Of a stretch of 64,000 nt of DNA, positions 19,413 through 29,211 are shown piece after piece. How positions within the stretch are numbered: the first letter of the stretch is position 1; each line of letters opens with the position of its first letter. The position numbers and the translations under genes were made by a program. Where the stretch lies: contig OZ245006.1 of assembly GCA_965223545.1 (NCBI GenBank), forward strand, positions 4,864,001 through 4,928,000, read 5' to 3'. The DNA is from Planctomycetota bacterium (GTDB lineage Bacteria; Planctomycetota; UBA1135; UBA2386). The notes beneath the pieces were generated by a model, which saw nothing but the letters and a program-made list of their open reading frames with translations, made no database searches and was not told the DNA's origin.

Positions 19413-20423
19413 CTACTCCTCTTGCGCGGGGGCAATCGACGGTTGTGCGAAGCCGAAGCCCGCCCGCTCGTAGGCGGCGGCGAGCACGGGTAGATCCCGT
19501 TCGCTGCGCGGCAGGCCGACGACGGCGCCGCCGGAGCCACAGAACTTGACGGCGGCGCCGTGCTCACGCCCGAGCCGGACCATCTCGTGATCGCGCGCCG
19601 CCAGCTGCCAGATTGCGGCCCGGGTATTGAAGTTCTCGTCGACGCACGCCCGCAGCCCGTCGAGGTCGCCGCGGCGCAGGCACGCGACGCCGCGCTCGGC
19701 GATCCGTGGAAAGCGTTGGATGGCCTGCACCACGGCGGGCTCGCCGCGTTGCCAGCGGGCCCGCACGTCGTCGTGCACCACCCCGGAGCTGGTGCCGGGC
19801 GCGCGGTCCCAGGCGACGAACAGCGGCGGCAGCAGCGCCGGATCGAGCGCGACGTACGACGACGGTGTGCGGGTGGTGGAAAAGTCCATCCAAACCAGGC
19901 CGCCGTAGCACTGGATGACGCGGTCCTGCGGTCCCGCCGCGATGCCCAGGCGCGCAGTCTCGGCGCGGAGCGCGACCTCGGCCATCTCGGCCGGCGGCAT
20001 GTCGGTCCCGCTTGCGGCGCACAGCGCGCGGAGGGCGGCGATCACGATCGCGCTCGAGCCGGCGAGGCCGACCTGGCGCGGCACGTCCGACCAAAAGCGC
20101 AAGCCCACGCCGGCGTCGACGAGCGCGCGCACCGACGGGGCGGCGGCGGCGAGCTCGGCGGTGGCCGCGCCCAGCAACAGCCCTCCACCCGACAACCGGC
20201 GCGCGGCCAGCGCGCCCTGCAGGGCGTCGAGGTCGCCGACGGTTTCCGCAGGGGCGTCGCCCGTGCCGAGCTGGATCCCGCGCGCGTTCCCGAGCTCGGC
20301 GCGGGCACCGAAGTCGGCGATCGCGAACGACAGCACCTTGCCGCCAAAGCCGTCGGACGGGTTGCCCAGCAGCCCGACGCGGGCCGGTGCAGTGCCGGCC
20401 CACGGTCGCTCGTCGCGCGCCAT
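19413..20423 (-). CDS. GHMP-family kinase, glucuronokinase-like
   Basis: ARVGLLGNPSDGFGG, VPRQVGLAGSSA, GIAAGPQDRVIQ.YGG, KFCGSGGAVV. Confidence 0.85.
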   Translation of the reverse strand: MARDERPWAGTAPARVGLLGNPSDGFGGKVLSFAIADFGARAELGNARGIQLGTGDAPAETVGDLDALQGALAARRLSGGGLLLGAATAELAAAAPSVRALVDAGVGLRFWSDVPRQVGLAGSSAIVIAALRALCAASGTDMPPAEMAEVALRAETARLGIAAGPQDRVIQCYGGLVWMDFSTTRTPSSYVALDPALLPPLFVAWDRAPGTSSGVVHDDVRARWQRGEPAVVQAIQRFPRIAERGVACLRRGDLDGLRACVDENFNTRAAIWQLAARDHEMVRLGREHGAAVKFCGSGGAVVGLPRSERDLPVLAAAYERAGFGFAQPSIAPAQEE

Positions 20424-20485
20424 CGGCGCATGCGAGGCGAACGACGGATCGCGGTCAAGAGTGGCGGAACGGTATGCTCGCCGCG

Positions 20486-21528
20486 ATGACGTTGACCGAG
20501 GCGGACATCGCGAAAGTCTTGCGGCTCCCGGTCGAGATCGACAGCACCGCGCTGCGCGGTTGCCGGTCGCCGGCGGATGGCCCCGGCACACGACGGTCGT
20601 CGAGCTGCGCGGCGGCGGCCTTGTCGGTTCGGGCGAGGACGTGATCTACGACAGCACTGCGCAGCGCGCTTGGCAGGCGGAGCCGAGGGGTATCGCGGCG
20701 CTCTGTGGACGTTGGACCCTGGCCGAGCTGTCACACCGGATCGACGGGATCGACGTGTTTCCGGCGCCGCCGGCGGATGCCGCGCACAGCCTGTATCGGC
20801 GTTGGGCGCTGGAGAGCGCGGCGCTGGCGCTGGCGTTGGCGCAGGCGGAGACCACGCTCGGCGCTGTGCTCGGCCGCGAGGTCGCGCCGGTTCGCTACGT
20901 CGTTTCGCTGGCGCTCGGCGACCCGCCGAGCCTCGAGCGGTTGTCGGCGGTGCGTGCGCTCTACCCGGCGGCGCGCTTCAAGGTGGATCTGTCCGCGGCG
21001 TGGGATCGCTCGTTGATCGAGCAGCTGGCGGCACTCGACTGCATCGACGTGGTCGACCTCAAAGGGCTGTACCGCGGCGCGTTCCAGGGGCCGCCGGCAA
21101 ACGCCGCCCAATATCGGTGGATCGCCGAGCTGCTGCCGAAGGTCTGGCTGGAAGATCCCGAGTGGACCGAGGAAACCCGGGCGGCGCTCGCGCCGCACGT
21201 GCACCGCGTCACTTGGGATGCCAACCAGCACGCGCTCTCGGATCTGATCGCCCGCGAAGACGAGCCCCGCTGCGTCAACATCAAGCCGTCGCGCTTCGGC
21301 TTCCTTGCGGAGCTGCTGCGCTACTACGCGTACTGCGAGGCCCGCGGCATCCGCATGTACGGCGGCGGCCAGTTCGAGCTGGACGTCGGCCGCGCGCAGA
21401 ACCAGGCGCTGGCGGCGCTGTTCCACGCCGACGCGCCCAACGATCTGGCGCCGTCTTTGTTCAACGAGTCGCCGCTGCGCGATGATCTCCCGCCGAGCCC
21501 GCTGCGCGATTGCGCGCGGTTCTCCTGA
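20486..21528 (+). CDS. Enolase-superfamily-like protein, apparent frameshift near 20555
   Basis: MTLTEADIAKVLRLPVEIDSTAL in one frame continues as TTVVELRGGG..G.GEDV.Y...FKVD...DLKG.Y...EDP...WDA...NIKPSRFG...YGGGQFEL in another. Confidence 0.65.
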
Positions 21529-21532
21529 TCCT

Positions 21533-22135
21533 TCAGTTTTCGGCGGAGTCCTGATCGGCGGTGCGCAGGTCGACCGGCGCGTCGCCGAGGCGGGCGGCGC
21601 CGCCGAGCCGCGGGGCCGTGCGCTCGTCACCTTCGCTCGAGCTTGCTGCGGCGAGCTGCGCGGGCAGCAACGGCGCGAACGGGATCGAGACGAACACGTC
21701 GCTCTCGTCCCAGGTGAGCAGCACGTCGGCGTAGACCACGGGGAATCCCGGTGCGGCCAGCTCGATGGTGACGATCGCCTCGTCGCGGTCGAACTCGGGC
21801 TCGAGGACTGCGCGGCCGAAGCCGTCCTCGACGAAGCCGACATCGGCGAAGGCGATCTCGTGCTCGGTGAAGAGAACGGTGCCGAACGCGTCCGACAGGT
21901 AGAAGTCGTTCGGGTCCGGGTTGGCCAGGATCAGCCCCGACCACTCGAGCTCGGCTTCGGCGATGCGCACCTCGACGCCTTCCCAGACCAGGTTGGTGGC
22001 CGGGTCGTAGACCTCGACTTCGACGCTGACGAAGTGCACCGGCAGTACCGGGTCCGGCGCGCGGCGGCGGCCGCCGCAGCTGGCCGCGCTGAGCAGGGCG
22101 GCGAACAGGGACAACAGACAGAGTTGCTTGCGCAT
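21533..22135 (-). CDS. Acidic hypothetical lipoprotein
   Basis: MRKQLCLLSLFAALLSAASC lipobox; beta-strand-like, Asp/Glu-rich body. Confidence 0.7.
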   Translation of the reverse strand: MRKQLCLLSLFAALLSAASCGGRRRAPDPVLPVHFVSVEVEVYDPATNLVWEGVEVRIAEAELEWSGLILANPDPNDFYLSDAFGTVLFTEHEIAFADVGFVEDGFGRAVLEPEFDRDEAIVTIELAAPGFPVVYADVLLTWDESDVFVSIPFAPLLPAQLAAASSSEGDERTAPRLGGAARLGDAPVDLRTADQDSAEN

Positions 22136-22150
22136 GGCACCAGGGTCTAG

Positions 22151-22165
22151 TCAATTGCCGTGCCA
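22151..22165 (-). promoter_or_regulatory. Near-consensus sigma54 (-24/-12) promoter for the lipoprotein gene
   Basis: Minus strand reads TGGCACGGCAATTGA versus consensus TGGCACG-N4-TTGC; ends 15 nt before the ATG at 22135. Confidence 0.45.
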
Positions 22166-22305
22166 ACGCCGCAAGTCGCGCACTCGGGGCCCGAATCGCC
22201 CCTCCAAGGTCCCTCGGTGCGCGGTTGTGTCCCCCTCTCGCAACAGCGTTGTCGCCCAAACCACAGGCATTTCGCCCTTCAAGAGCCGTCGTGTCCCCAT
22301 CGTCG

Positions 22306-24012
22306 ATGCCACTGGAACTCTCCCGCCCACCGAGGGGCTTCGTGCCCGGGGGCCTCGACGCCGGCGCGCTGGCGCAGGTCGAGCCGTTGTTCGCGCAGCT
22401 GGCCGAGCGCCCATTGGCGTCGGCGGAGGAGATCGGTCAGTGGTTGATCGATGAGAGCGAGCTGCTCTCCGCCTACGCGGGAGAGCTGGCGCGCCGCTAC
22501 ATCGACATGACGTGCCACACCGACGACAGCGAGCGGCGCGAACGCTATCTGATGTTGGAGCGCGACGTCGCGCCGCGGATCAAGGTGCTCAAGGACGGCC
22601 TCGACCGCAAGCTGCTGGCGGCGCCGGGCGCCGTCGATCTGGGGCCGCACTACGATCTGTTGTTGGCGCGCCGGCGGCTGGCGGCGGAGATCTTCCGCGA
22701 GGCCAACACCGCCCTCGAGGCCGAGGAGTCGGAGTTGCAGACCGCGCAGCAGGAGCTGATGGGCAGCTTGGTCGTCGACTTCCGCGGCCGCGAGCACACC
22801 CTGCAGCAGATGGCGCAGTATCTCGAGGATCCGGATCGCGCGCTGCGGCGCGAGGCCTACCTCGCCAGCCTCGAAGTGCGGCGTGCGAGCTGGCCGCGCC
22901 TGGCCGAGATCCTCGGCCAGCTGATCTCGCTGCGGGCGCGCATGGCGCGCAACGCCGGCTTCGACAGCTACACGCCGTATCGGTTCGCGCAGCTGCAGCG
23001 GCTGGACTACGGCGCCGAGCAGTGCCTGGCGCTGCACGACGCGATCGAGCGCGCTGTGGTGCCCGCGGTGCGGCGGCTCGACCAGCGCCGCGCGGCGGCG
23101 CTCGGGATCGAGCGACTGCGCCCTTGGGATCTCGACGTCGACCCGACCGGCCGCCCACCGCTTCGTCCGTTCGAGACCGAGGAGCAGCTGATCGACGTGG
23201 TTTCGCGCGCGTTCGGCCGGGTCGATCCCCGCTTCGCTCAGGAGTTCGATGTGCTGGTCCGCGGCGAGCTGCTCGACCTGATGAGCCGCAAGGGCAAGGC
23301 GCCGGGGGGCTACCAGTACACGCTGGAAGACGTGCGCCTACCGTTCGTGTTCGCCAACGCGGTCGGCACGCACGGCGATGTGCAGACCATGCTGCACGAG
23401 GGTGGCCACGCCTTCCACGCGATCCTGTCGCGCGACGAGCCGCTGCTCGACTACCGCGACTGCTGCATCGAGTTCGCCGAGACGGCCAGCATGTCGATGG
23501 AGCTGATGGCGCTCGAAGAGCTGGACGCGATCTACGGCGCGGACGATGCGCGCCGCGCGCGAGCGTCCCACTTCGAGCGGGTGCTGCGCATCCTGCCGTG
23601 GATCGCGTCGATCGACGCGTTCCAGCACTGGCTCTACGGCAATCCGGACGCCGTGACCGAGGCGCGCGTCGAGCAGTGGCGCTCGATCCGCGCCCGCTTC
23701 GCGCCGGGCATCGACTACGGCGAGATCGAAGACGCGCTGGACTATCAGTGGGCGAGCCAGAGCCACTTGTTCAGCCACGCGTTCTACTACATCGAGTACG
23801 CCATCGCGCAGATCGCGGCGTTGCAGGTCTGGCAGCGTTACCGCAACGATCCCCGCGCAGCGGTCGAGGACTACCGGACCGGGTTGGGGCTCGGTGGCCG
23901 GCGGCGCTTGCCCGAACTCCTGAGTGCGGCGGGAGTGTCGTTCGACCTGAGCGCGGAGCGGCTTGCGGCTCTGGTCGGCGACGTCGAAGCGTGTGTAGCG
24001 GCGGGCGCTTGA
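22306..24012 (+). CDS. M3-family oligoendopeptidase (PepF-like)
   Basis: LRPWD, RKGKAPGGY, HEGGHAFH, EFAETASMSME, HAFYYIEY. Confidence 0.93.
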   Translation: MPLELSRPPRGFVPGGLDAGALAQVEPLFAQLAERPLASAEEIGQWLIDESELLSAYAGELARRYIDMTCHTDDSERRERYLMLERDVAPRIKVLKDGLDRKLLAAPGAVDLGPHYDLLLARRRLAAEIFREANTALEAEESELQTAQQELMGSLVVDFRGREHTLQQMAQYLEDPDRALRREAYLASLEVRRASWPRLAEILGQLISLRARMARNAGFDSYTPYRFAQLQRLDYGAEQCLALHDAIERAVVPAVRRLDQRRAAALGIERLRPWDLDVDPTGRPPLRPFETEEQLIDVVSRAFGRVDPRFAQEFDVLVRGELLDLMSRKGKAPGGYQYTLEDVRLPFVFANAVGTHGDVQTMLHEGGHAFHAILSRDEPLLDYRDCCIEFAETASMSMELMALEELDAIYGADDARRARASHFERVLRILPWIASIDAFQHWLYGNPDAVTEARVEQWRSIRARFAPGIDYGEIEDALDYQWASQSHLFSHAFYYIEYAIAQIAALQVWQRYRNDPRAAVEDYRTGLGLGGRRRLPELLSAAGVSFDLSAERLAALVGDVEACVAAGA

Positions 24013-24231
24013 TTGGAGCCGGTCGTAGCAGCCTGGCGCGTTGCCGCCGTGCCAACGGCGAATCGCCCGGCGGGGGGCCGGCAAACTGTGCCCGGCCGCC
24101 GGGCCGAGGCGGGGTATCCTTTTCTGCGCGGATGGGGAGGGCGGAACTCGCCTCGCCACGGTCGCCACGGTCATGATCGCACACGGTGACGCACGAATCG
24201 GCCGGCTGTCCGGCCACGCGGAGAGACCTCA

Positions 24232-25620
24232 ATGAGGTTTCGCCGTTGGGTCGTGTTCACCTTCATGGTGCACATGCTGATCATCGTGCTCGACAAGGGC
24301 GCGGGGTTCGTGCTCCTCAAGATCCTCGAGGACGCTCCGGACGAAAAGGGCGCGGCCGACATCCTCGGCACCCTGCCGTTCATCATGATGTCGGTGGCCA
24401 ACCTCGGCCTGGCGACATCGTCGGTCTACTTCCTGCGGCGCAAGGAATACACCAAGGAGGAGGTCGGCGAGACGGCGAGCTTGGTGGCGATGGTGTGGGG
24501 CGGCACGGTCGCGTTGGTCGCGATCCTGGTGACCCAGTTCGTGATGCCGGCGATCAAGCCCGAGTGGGAGTTCCAGCTGGCGTGGGTCCTGCCGGTGTGT
24601 CTGTGCGTCCCGTTCCTGTTGATGTCGAGCTACTTCAACAGCGTGCAGATCGCCGTCGACCACATCCGCAACTACAACTTGGTCAACCTGCTGGGTTCGG
24701 TGGTGTTCCTGCCGCTGTTCTTGGTGTTCTACTACGCCGCCGGCGCCGTGGTGACGACCAGCATCGCGCTGGCGCGACTGGCGGCGGCGATGCTGTTGGC
24801 GGGTACCACCGTGTGGATGCTGCGCAAGGTCGTGCGCTGGCGTCCCCGCATGCACTGGCAGTTCTTCCGCGCCGCGATCACGTTCGGCTGGAAGGCGAAC
24901 TTGACGTCGGTGCTCACCTACCTCAACCACCGCATCGACCTGCTCATGGTGCCGATGCTGTTCGTGCCGGCGGCGATGCTCAGCGACGAACAGGCGGCCA
25001 AGGCGATCCTGGCGCAGGCCGGCTACTACAGCTTGGCAGTGGGCTTTGCCGAGCTGGTTTGGCACTTTCCGGAAGCCACCCGCGATCTCTTCTTCAGCAA
25101 GGTGGCGGCGTCGACGCACGACGAGGCGAGGAAGTTCACGCCCGTCCTCTGCCGCCTGTCGCTGTGGGTGGCGATCGCGGGTTCGGTGGTGATCGTCACG
25201 CTGGTCGATCCGGTGTTCTCCATGCTGATGCCCGACAGCTGGGAGGAGAAATGGAGCGGCGACGTGCTGACTGCGCTCACGATCTTGGTGCCCGGCACCG
25301 CCGGCTACACGGTGGCGAAGATCCTGCAGAACGACCTCGCCGCGCGCGGCCACTTGAACCACTGTCTGGTGGCGTGCTCCTTGGTGCTGGCGATCATGCT
25401 GACGCTCGATTTCGCCTGGATTCCGCAGCACGGCGCGATCGGTGCCGCCTGGGCCTCCTCGATCGCCTACCTGTGCTCGTCGGTCTACTCGCTGCTCGCC
25501 TACCGGTCCTCTGGGGGGACGGGGGTGTTGCAGTGTCTGGTGCCGCGGGTGGCGGACTGGGTCTACGTCCGGGAGATCGCCGGCGGCATTCTCGACAAGC
25601 TGAGGTGGCGCCGTGGCTGA
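24232..25620 (+). CDS. Oligosaccharide flippase (Wzx/MOP family)
   Basis: Many transmembrane helices, LNHRID.L, AGYYSLA, IPQHGAIGAAWAS. Confidence 0.85.
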   Translation: MRFRRWVVFTFMVHMLIIVLDKGAGFVLLKILEDAPDEKGAADILGTLPFIMMSVANLGLATSSVYFLRRKEYTKEEVGETASLVAMVWGGTVALVAILVTQFVMPAIKPEWEFQLAWVLPVCLCVPFLLMSSYFNSVQIAVDHIRNYNLVNLLGSVVFLPLFLVFYYAAGAVVTTSIALARLAAAMLLAGTTVWMLRKVVRWRPRMHWQFFRAAITFGWKANLTSVLTYLNHRIDLLMVPMLFVPAAMLSDEQAAKAILAQAGYYSLAVGFAELVWHFPEATRDLFFSKVAASTHDEARKFTPVLCRLSLWVAIAGSVVIVTLVDPVFSMLMPDSWEEKWSGDVLTALTILVPGTAGYTVAKILQNDLAARGHLNHCLVACSLVLAIMLTLDFAWIPQHGAIGAAWASSIAYLCSSVYSLLAYRSSGGTGVLQCLVPRVADWVYVREIAGGILDKLRWRRG

Positions 25621-26479
25621 GCCGCGGGTCGCCGTGATCGTCCCCTGCTACAACAACGCCGCCACGCTGGCCGAAACGCTGGAGTCGGTGCGCGGACAAA
25701 CCGTGCCGCTCGAGGTCGTGGTCGTCGACGATGGCTCGGAAGACGAGAGCGCGGCCGTGGCCGACCGCGCCGGCGTGCGCTGCATCCGGCAGGCCAACGC
25801 CGGGCCGGGCGCGGCGCGCAACCGGGGCGTGCGCGAAACCGGCGCGCGCTGGCTCGCCTTCTTGGATGCGGATGATCGCTTCGCCACCGACAAGCTCGCG
25901 CGTCAGCTGCAGCACGCCGACGAGACCGGGGCAGTGCTCAGCTGCTGCGACGCCCGCTTGTTGTGCGATGGCGAGCTCGGCGCACGCAAGCACGCGGGCC
26001 AAGAGATCCCGGCGGAGATCTCCTACGCGGGTCTGCTGCTCGACAATCCGATCATCTGCAGCTCGGTGCTGCTGCGGCGCGCAGCGTTCGAGCAGGCCGG
26101 TGGCTTCGACGAGGACCGCGCCCTGATCGCCACCGAGGACTACGACCTCTGGTTGCGGATCGCGCGCGTGGGCGCGGTGCGCTATCTCGACGCGCCGCTG
26201 GTGCACTACCGAGTGTGGAGTGGCAGCCTGTCCGACGACGAGCGGTTCGTGCACGGCCTGGACCGCATCATGGAGAAGGTCGCCGCCGCCGGCGGTGGGC
26301 CAAAGGACTTGCCCGCGCGGATCGCGCGGCGGCGCGCGGCGGTCCGGGTCGCGTCGGCGTACCACCTCGCGCGCCGCGGCGAGGGCGCGCGCGCGCGGGC
26401 GCGCCTGGCCGAGGCGCGGGCCCTCACCGGCGCCAGCTGGCCGGCGTTCAAGATCTGGCTGCGGAGCTGGTGGCGATGA
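25613..26479 (+). CDS. Glycosyltransferase family 2
   Basis: VIVPCYN, VVDDGS, GPGAARNRG, FLDADD, EDYDLWLR. Confidence 0.93.
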   Translation: MAEPRVAVIVPCYNNAATLAETLESVRGQTVPLEVVVVDDGSEDESAAVADRAGVRCIRQANAGPGAARNRGVRETGARWLAFLDADDRFATDKLARQLQHADETGAVLSCCDARLLCDGELGARKHAGQEIPAEISYAGLLLDNPIICSSVLLRRAAFEQAGGFDEDRALIATEDYDLWLRIARVGAVRYLDAPLVHYRVWSGSLSDDERFVHGLDRIMEKVAAAGGGPKDLPARIARRRAAVRVASAYHLARRGEGARARARLAEARALTGASWPAFKIWLRSWWR

Positions 26480-27597
26480 CCGGGCGGCACTTCTTGCACG
26501 TTTTCCCGAGCTTCGATCCGGGCGGGATGGAGGTCCGCGCGACCACCCTGATGGACCGGTTGGCGCCCCCCGACCGGCACACGGTGGTTTCGATGAGTGG
26601 CCGGATCAGCGCCGCGGAGCGCGTGCAGCGGGCGCGCCTCGACCTCTTGCCGGCGCCGCCACGTGGTAGTTTCGCCGCCACCGGCCGGCGCATGGCCGCG
26701 CGTCTGCGCGCGCTGCGCCCGGATCTGGTGCTCACCTACAACTGGGGCTCGATCGAGAGCGTGCTCGGCGCGCGTTGGGCCGGGCAGCGCGCGCTGATCC
26801 ACCACGAGGAGGGATTCGGCGTCGACGAGGCGGTGCGTCTCAAGCGCCGGCGCATGTGGGTGCGGCGCGCGCTGCTGCCGCGCGCTGCGGCCGCGGTGGT
26901 GGTGCCTTCGATGTTGTTGCGCGGCGTCGCGTGCCAGCGCTGGCGACTGCCGGAGGTGCTGGTGCGCTATCTGCCCAACGGCGTGGACCTCGAGCTCTTC
27001 CACCCCGCGCCGCGCCGCGAAGCGGAGGGTGCGGCGGCCGGCGGGCCGGTGGTGGTCGGCAGCGTCGCCCGGTTGCGGCCGGAGAAAAACCTCGGCGCGT
27101 TGGTCGAGGCGTTTGCCCGATGCCGGCAGCGCGCCCGGGCGGAGCTCGTGCTGGTGGGCGATGGGCCGCAGCGAGAATCGCTCGAACGTGCCGCGCAGGA
27201 GTGCGGCGTCGGCGACCGCGTGCGCTTCGCCGGGCATCTCGGCGATCCGGCGCCGACCTACCGCTCGTTCGACGTGTTCGCGATGAGCTCGCGCACCGAG
27301 CAGATGCCGCTGGTCGTCTTGGAGGCGATGGCGTGCGGCTTGCCGGTGGTGGCCACCGACGTCGGCGACATCCGGCACATGGTCGCCGAAGCCAACCGCG
27401 ACCTGTTGGTCCCCGACGGCGATCGGGCCGCGCTGGCGGCTGCGCTCGACCGCGCGATCGAGTCGGCCGCGCTGCGCGGGGAGTTGGGTGCCGCCAATCG
27501 CGCGGTGTGCGAGGAGCGCTACGCGTTGGACGAGTGCCTGGCCGCGCATCTCGAGCTCTACGACCGCGTCATCGGATCGTCGGGACTCGCTCGCTGA
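26476..27597 (+). CDS. Glycosyltransferase family 4
   Basis: GGME, PNGVD, RLRPEKN, EQMPLVVLEAMACGLPVVATDVG; ATGA overlap with the GT2 stop. Confidence 0.93.
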   Translation: MTGRHFLHVFPSFDPGGMEVRATTLMDRLAPPDRHTVVSMSGRISAAERVQRARLDLLPAPPRGSFAATGRRMAARLRALRPDLVLTYNWGSIESVLGARWAGQRALIHHEEGFGVDEAVRLKRRRMWVRRALLPRAAAAVVVPSMLLRGVACQRWRLPEVLVRYLPNGVDLELFHPAPRREAEGAAAGGPVVVGSVARLRPEKNLGALVEAFARCRQRARAELVLVGDGPQRESLERAAQECGVGDRVRFAGHLGDPAPTYRSFDVFAMSSRTEQMPLVVLEAMACGLPVVATDVGDIRHMVAEANRDLLVPDGDRAALAAALDRAIESAALRGELGAANRAVCEERYALDECLAAHLELYDRVIGSSGLAR

Positions 27598-27720
27598 AAG
27601 GGGCGCCGCCCGATCGCCGCGGGCGACCGTGTCGGGCGCCCTTGCTTTTTCCGAGAATCGACCTTGGGGTTCGCACGGCTCCATCGCTGAGGCAGGCGTC
27701 ACTCAGCCAAGGAGACCCAA

Positions 27721-29166
27721 ATGAAGATCCTCGATCCCCGTCGTTTGTCCCCCACGACCCTGCTCGTGCCCGCCGTGCTCGCCGCCGGCATGGCCGCGCA
27801 GACCCCGCAGCCGCCGTCGTTCCAGCGCTCCGCGCTGGTCCCCTCGCTCAACGTGGCCGGGGTGAGCCGGCATGCGGCGACGCTCAATCTCGGCGGCACC
27901 CAGATCGTGCTCGAGGAGAACGCGGTCGGTGCCAAGGGCGACCTGGTGTCGCTGCGCCGGCCCGACAAGTCGACGCCGTGGACCAGCGACGGCCTGGTTG
28001 GTCCGCTGAACACCGCGAGCCACGAGGGGTGGCCGGCGCTCAACGCGTTCGGCGACGTGCTCTACTTCACCTCGGACCGCGCCGGGGGGGTCGGCGACCT
28101 CGATCTCTGGTGTGCGAGTCGGCCGGACGACGAGGCGCCGTTCTCGGGCGTGGCCGTCAATCTCTCCGCAGTCAACTCGCCGTTCTGGGACAGCGATCCC
28201 TGGATCGATTTTCCCGAGACCCAGCTGCTGTTCGCGAGCAAGCGTCCCGGTGGGCCCGGCGGCGCCGACCTCTACGCGTCGGTGAGCACTGGTACCGGCG
28301 GCTCCTGGTTGGCGCCGGTCGAGATCTTGGGCGTCAACTCGCCGTACGACGAGTGCGCGCCGACCCTGACGCGTGACGGTCTCCATCTCTACTTCAGCTC
28401 CAACCGGCCACGGACCGGCGGTGGCGCGGCCGGAGACTTCAACATCTACGTCGCTTCGCGGCCGGACCCGTTTTCGAACTTCGGGGCGCCGCGATTGGTG
28501 CCCAGCCTGAGCGGGCCCAATGACGACATCCAGGCGGTGGTGCCGTTCTTGGCCTCGCACGCGTACGTGTCCGCCGGCCAGCAGGGCAGCTATCGCATCC
28601 GCGAGGCAGTGCGCGACGGCGCTGACATCCTCGGGCTGGACGCACCGGTGCTCGACGGTGGCTATGCGATCGCGCTGGCGCGCAACCCCGGTGATACCGG
28701 CGTCATCCTGGCCGCCCTGGCGACCGGCAACCCGGTGCAGATCCCCGGCGTGCAGGGTGCGTTCGGGCTCGATCTCGGCACCACCGCCGTCCTGGCTCAG
28801 GGGCCCCTCGACGCAAGCGGCTTGCAGCCACTGACGTTCTACCTGCCGAACAACCCGGCGCTCACCGGCCTGCAGCTGGCGTTTCAGGGCTTGGTCGCCG
28901 ACGGCAGCGGCAACGCCTGGTTCACCGAGTCCGTCTCGGTGGCCGTGGTCGCGTCGCGTGGTGGTTGCTACAGCAGCGCGAAGGCCTGCATCGGCGGCTG
29001 CTTCTCCAGCATCCCCAGCAACATCGTCAGCTGTCTGATCCAGAAGGTCTGGAAGATCGTGTTCGGTGTGAAGTCCTACGCCAAGGCGGTTGCGAAGTGC
29101 ATCGGCAAGAACTTCGGCAACTGCCTCTACAGCTGCGTCAAGACCTACGTGCGCTGCATCTTCTGA
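27721..29166 (+). CDS. Secreted PD40/TolB-like propeller protein with a C-terminal Cys-rich cationic peptide
   Basis: Signal peptide; three 'LYF.S.R.GG.G..DLY/W' repeats; LPNNPALTGLQLAFQ domain; GG followed by a 66-aa peptide with 8 Cys. Confidence 0.85.
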   Translation: MKILDPRRLSPTTLLVPAVLAAGMAAQTPQPPSFQRSALVPSLNVAGVSRHAATLNLGGTQIVLEENAVGAKGDLVSLRRPDKSTPWTSDGLVGPLNTASHEGWPALNAFGDVLYFTSDRAGGVGDLDLWCASRPDDEAPFSGVAVNLSAVNSPFWDSDPWIDFPETQLLFASKRPGGPGGADLYASVSTGTGGSWLAPVEILGVNSPYDECAPTLTRDGLHLYFSSNRPRTGGGAAGDFNIYVASRPDPFSNFGAPRLVPSLSGPNDDIQAVVPFLASHAYVSAGQQGSYRIREAVRDGADILGLDAPVLDGGYAIALARNPGDTGVILAALATGNPVQIPGVQGAFGLDLGTTAVLAQGPLDASGLQPLTFYLPNNPALTGLQLAFQGLVADGSGNAWFTESVSVAVVASRGGCYSSAKACIGGCFSSIPSNIVSCLIQKVWKIVFGVKSYAKAVAKCIGKNFGNCLYSCVKTYVRCIF

Positions 29167-29211
29167 GGCCGCTCCGGGCTTATACTGGCAGCCCTGTCCG
29201 GGTGTTCGGCC

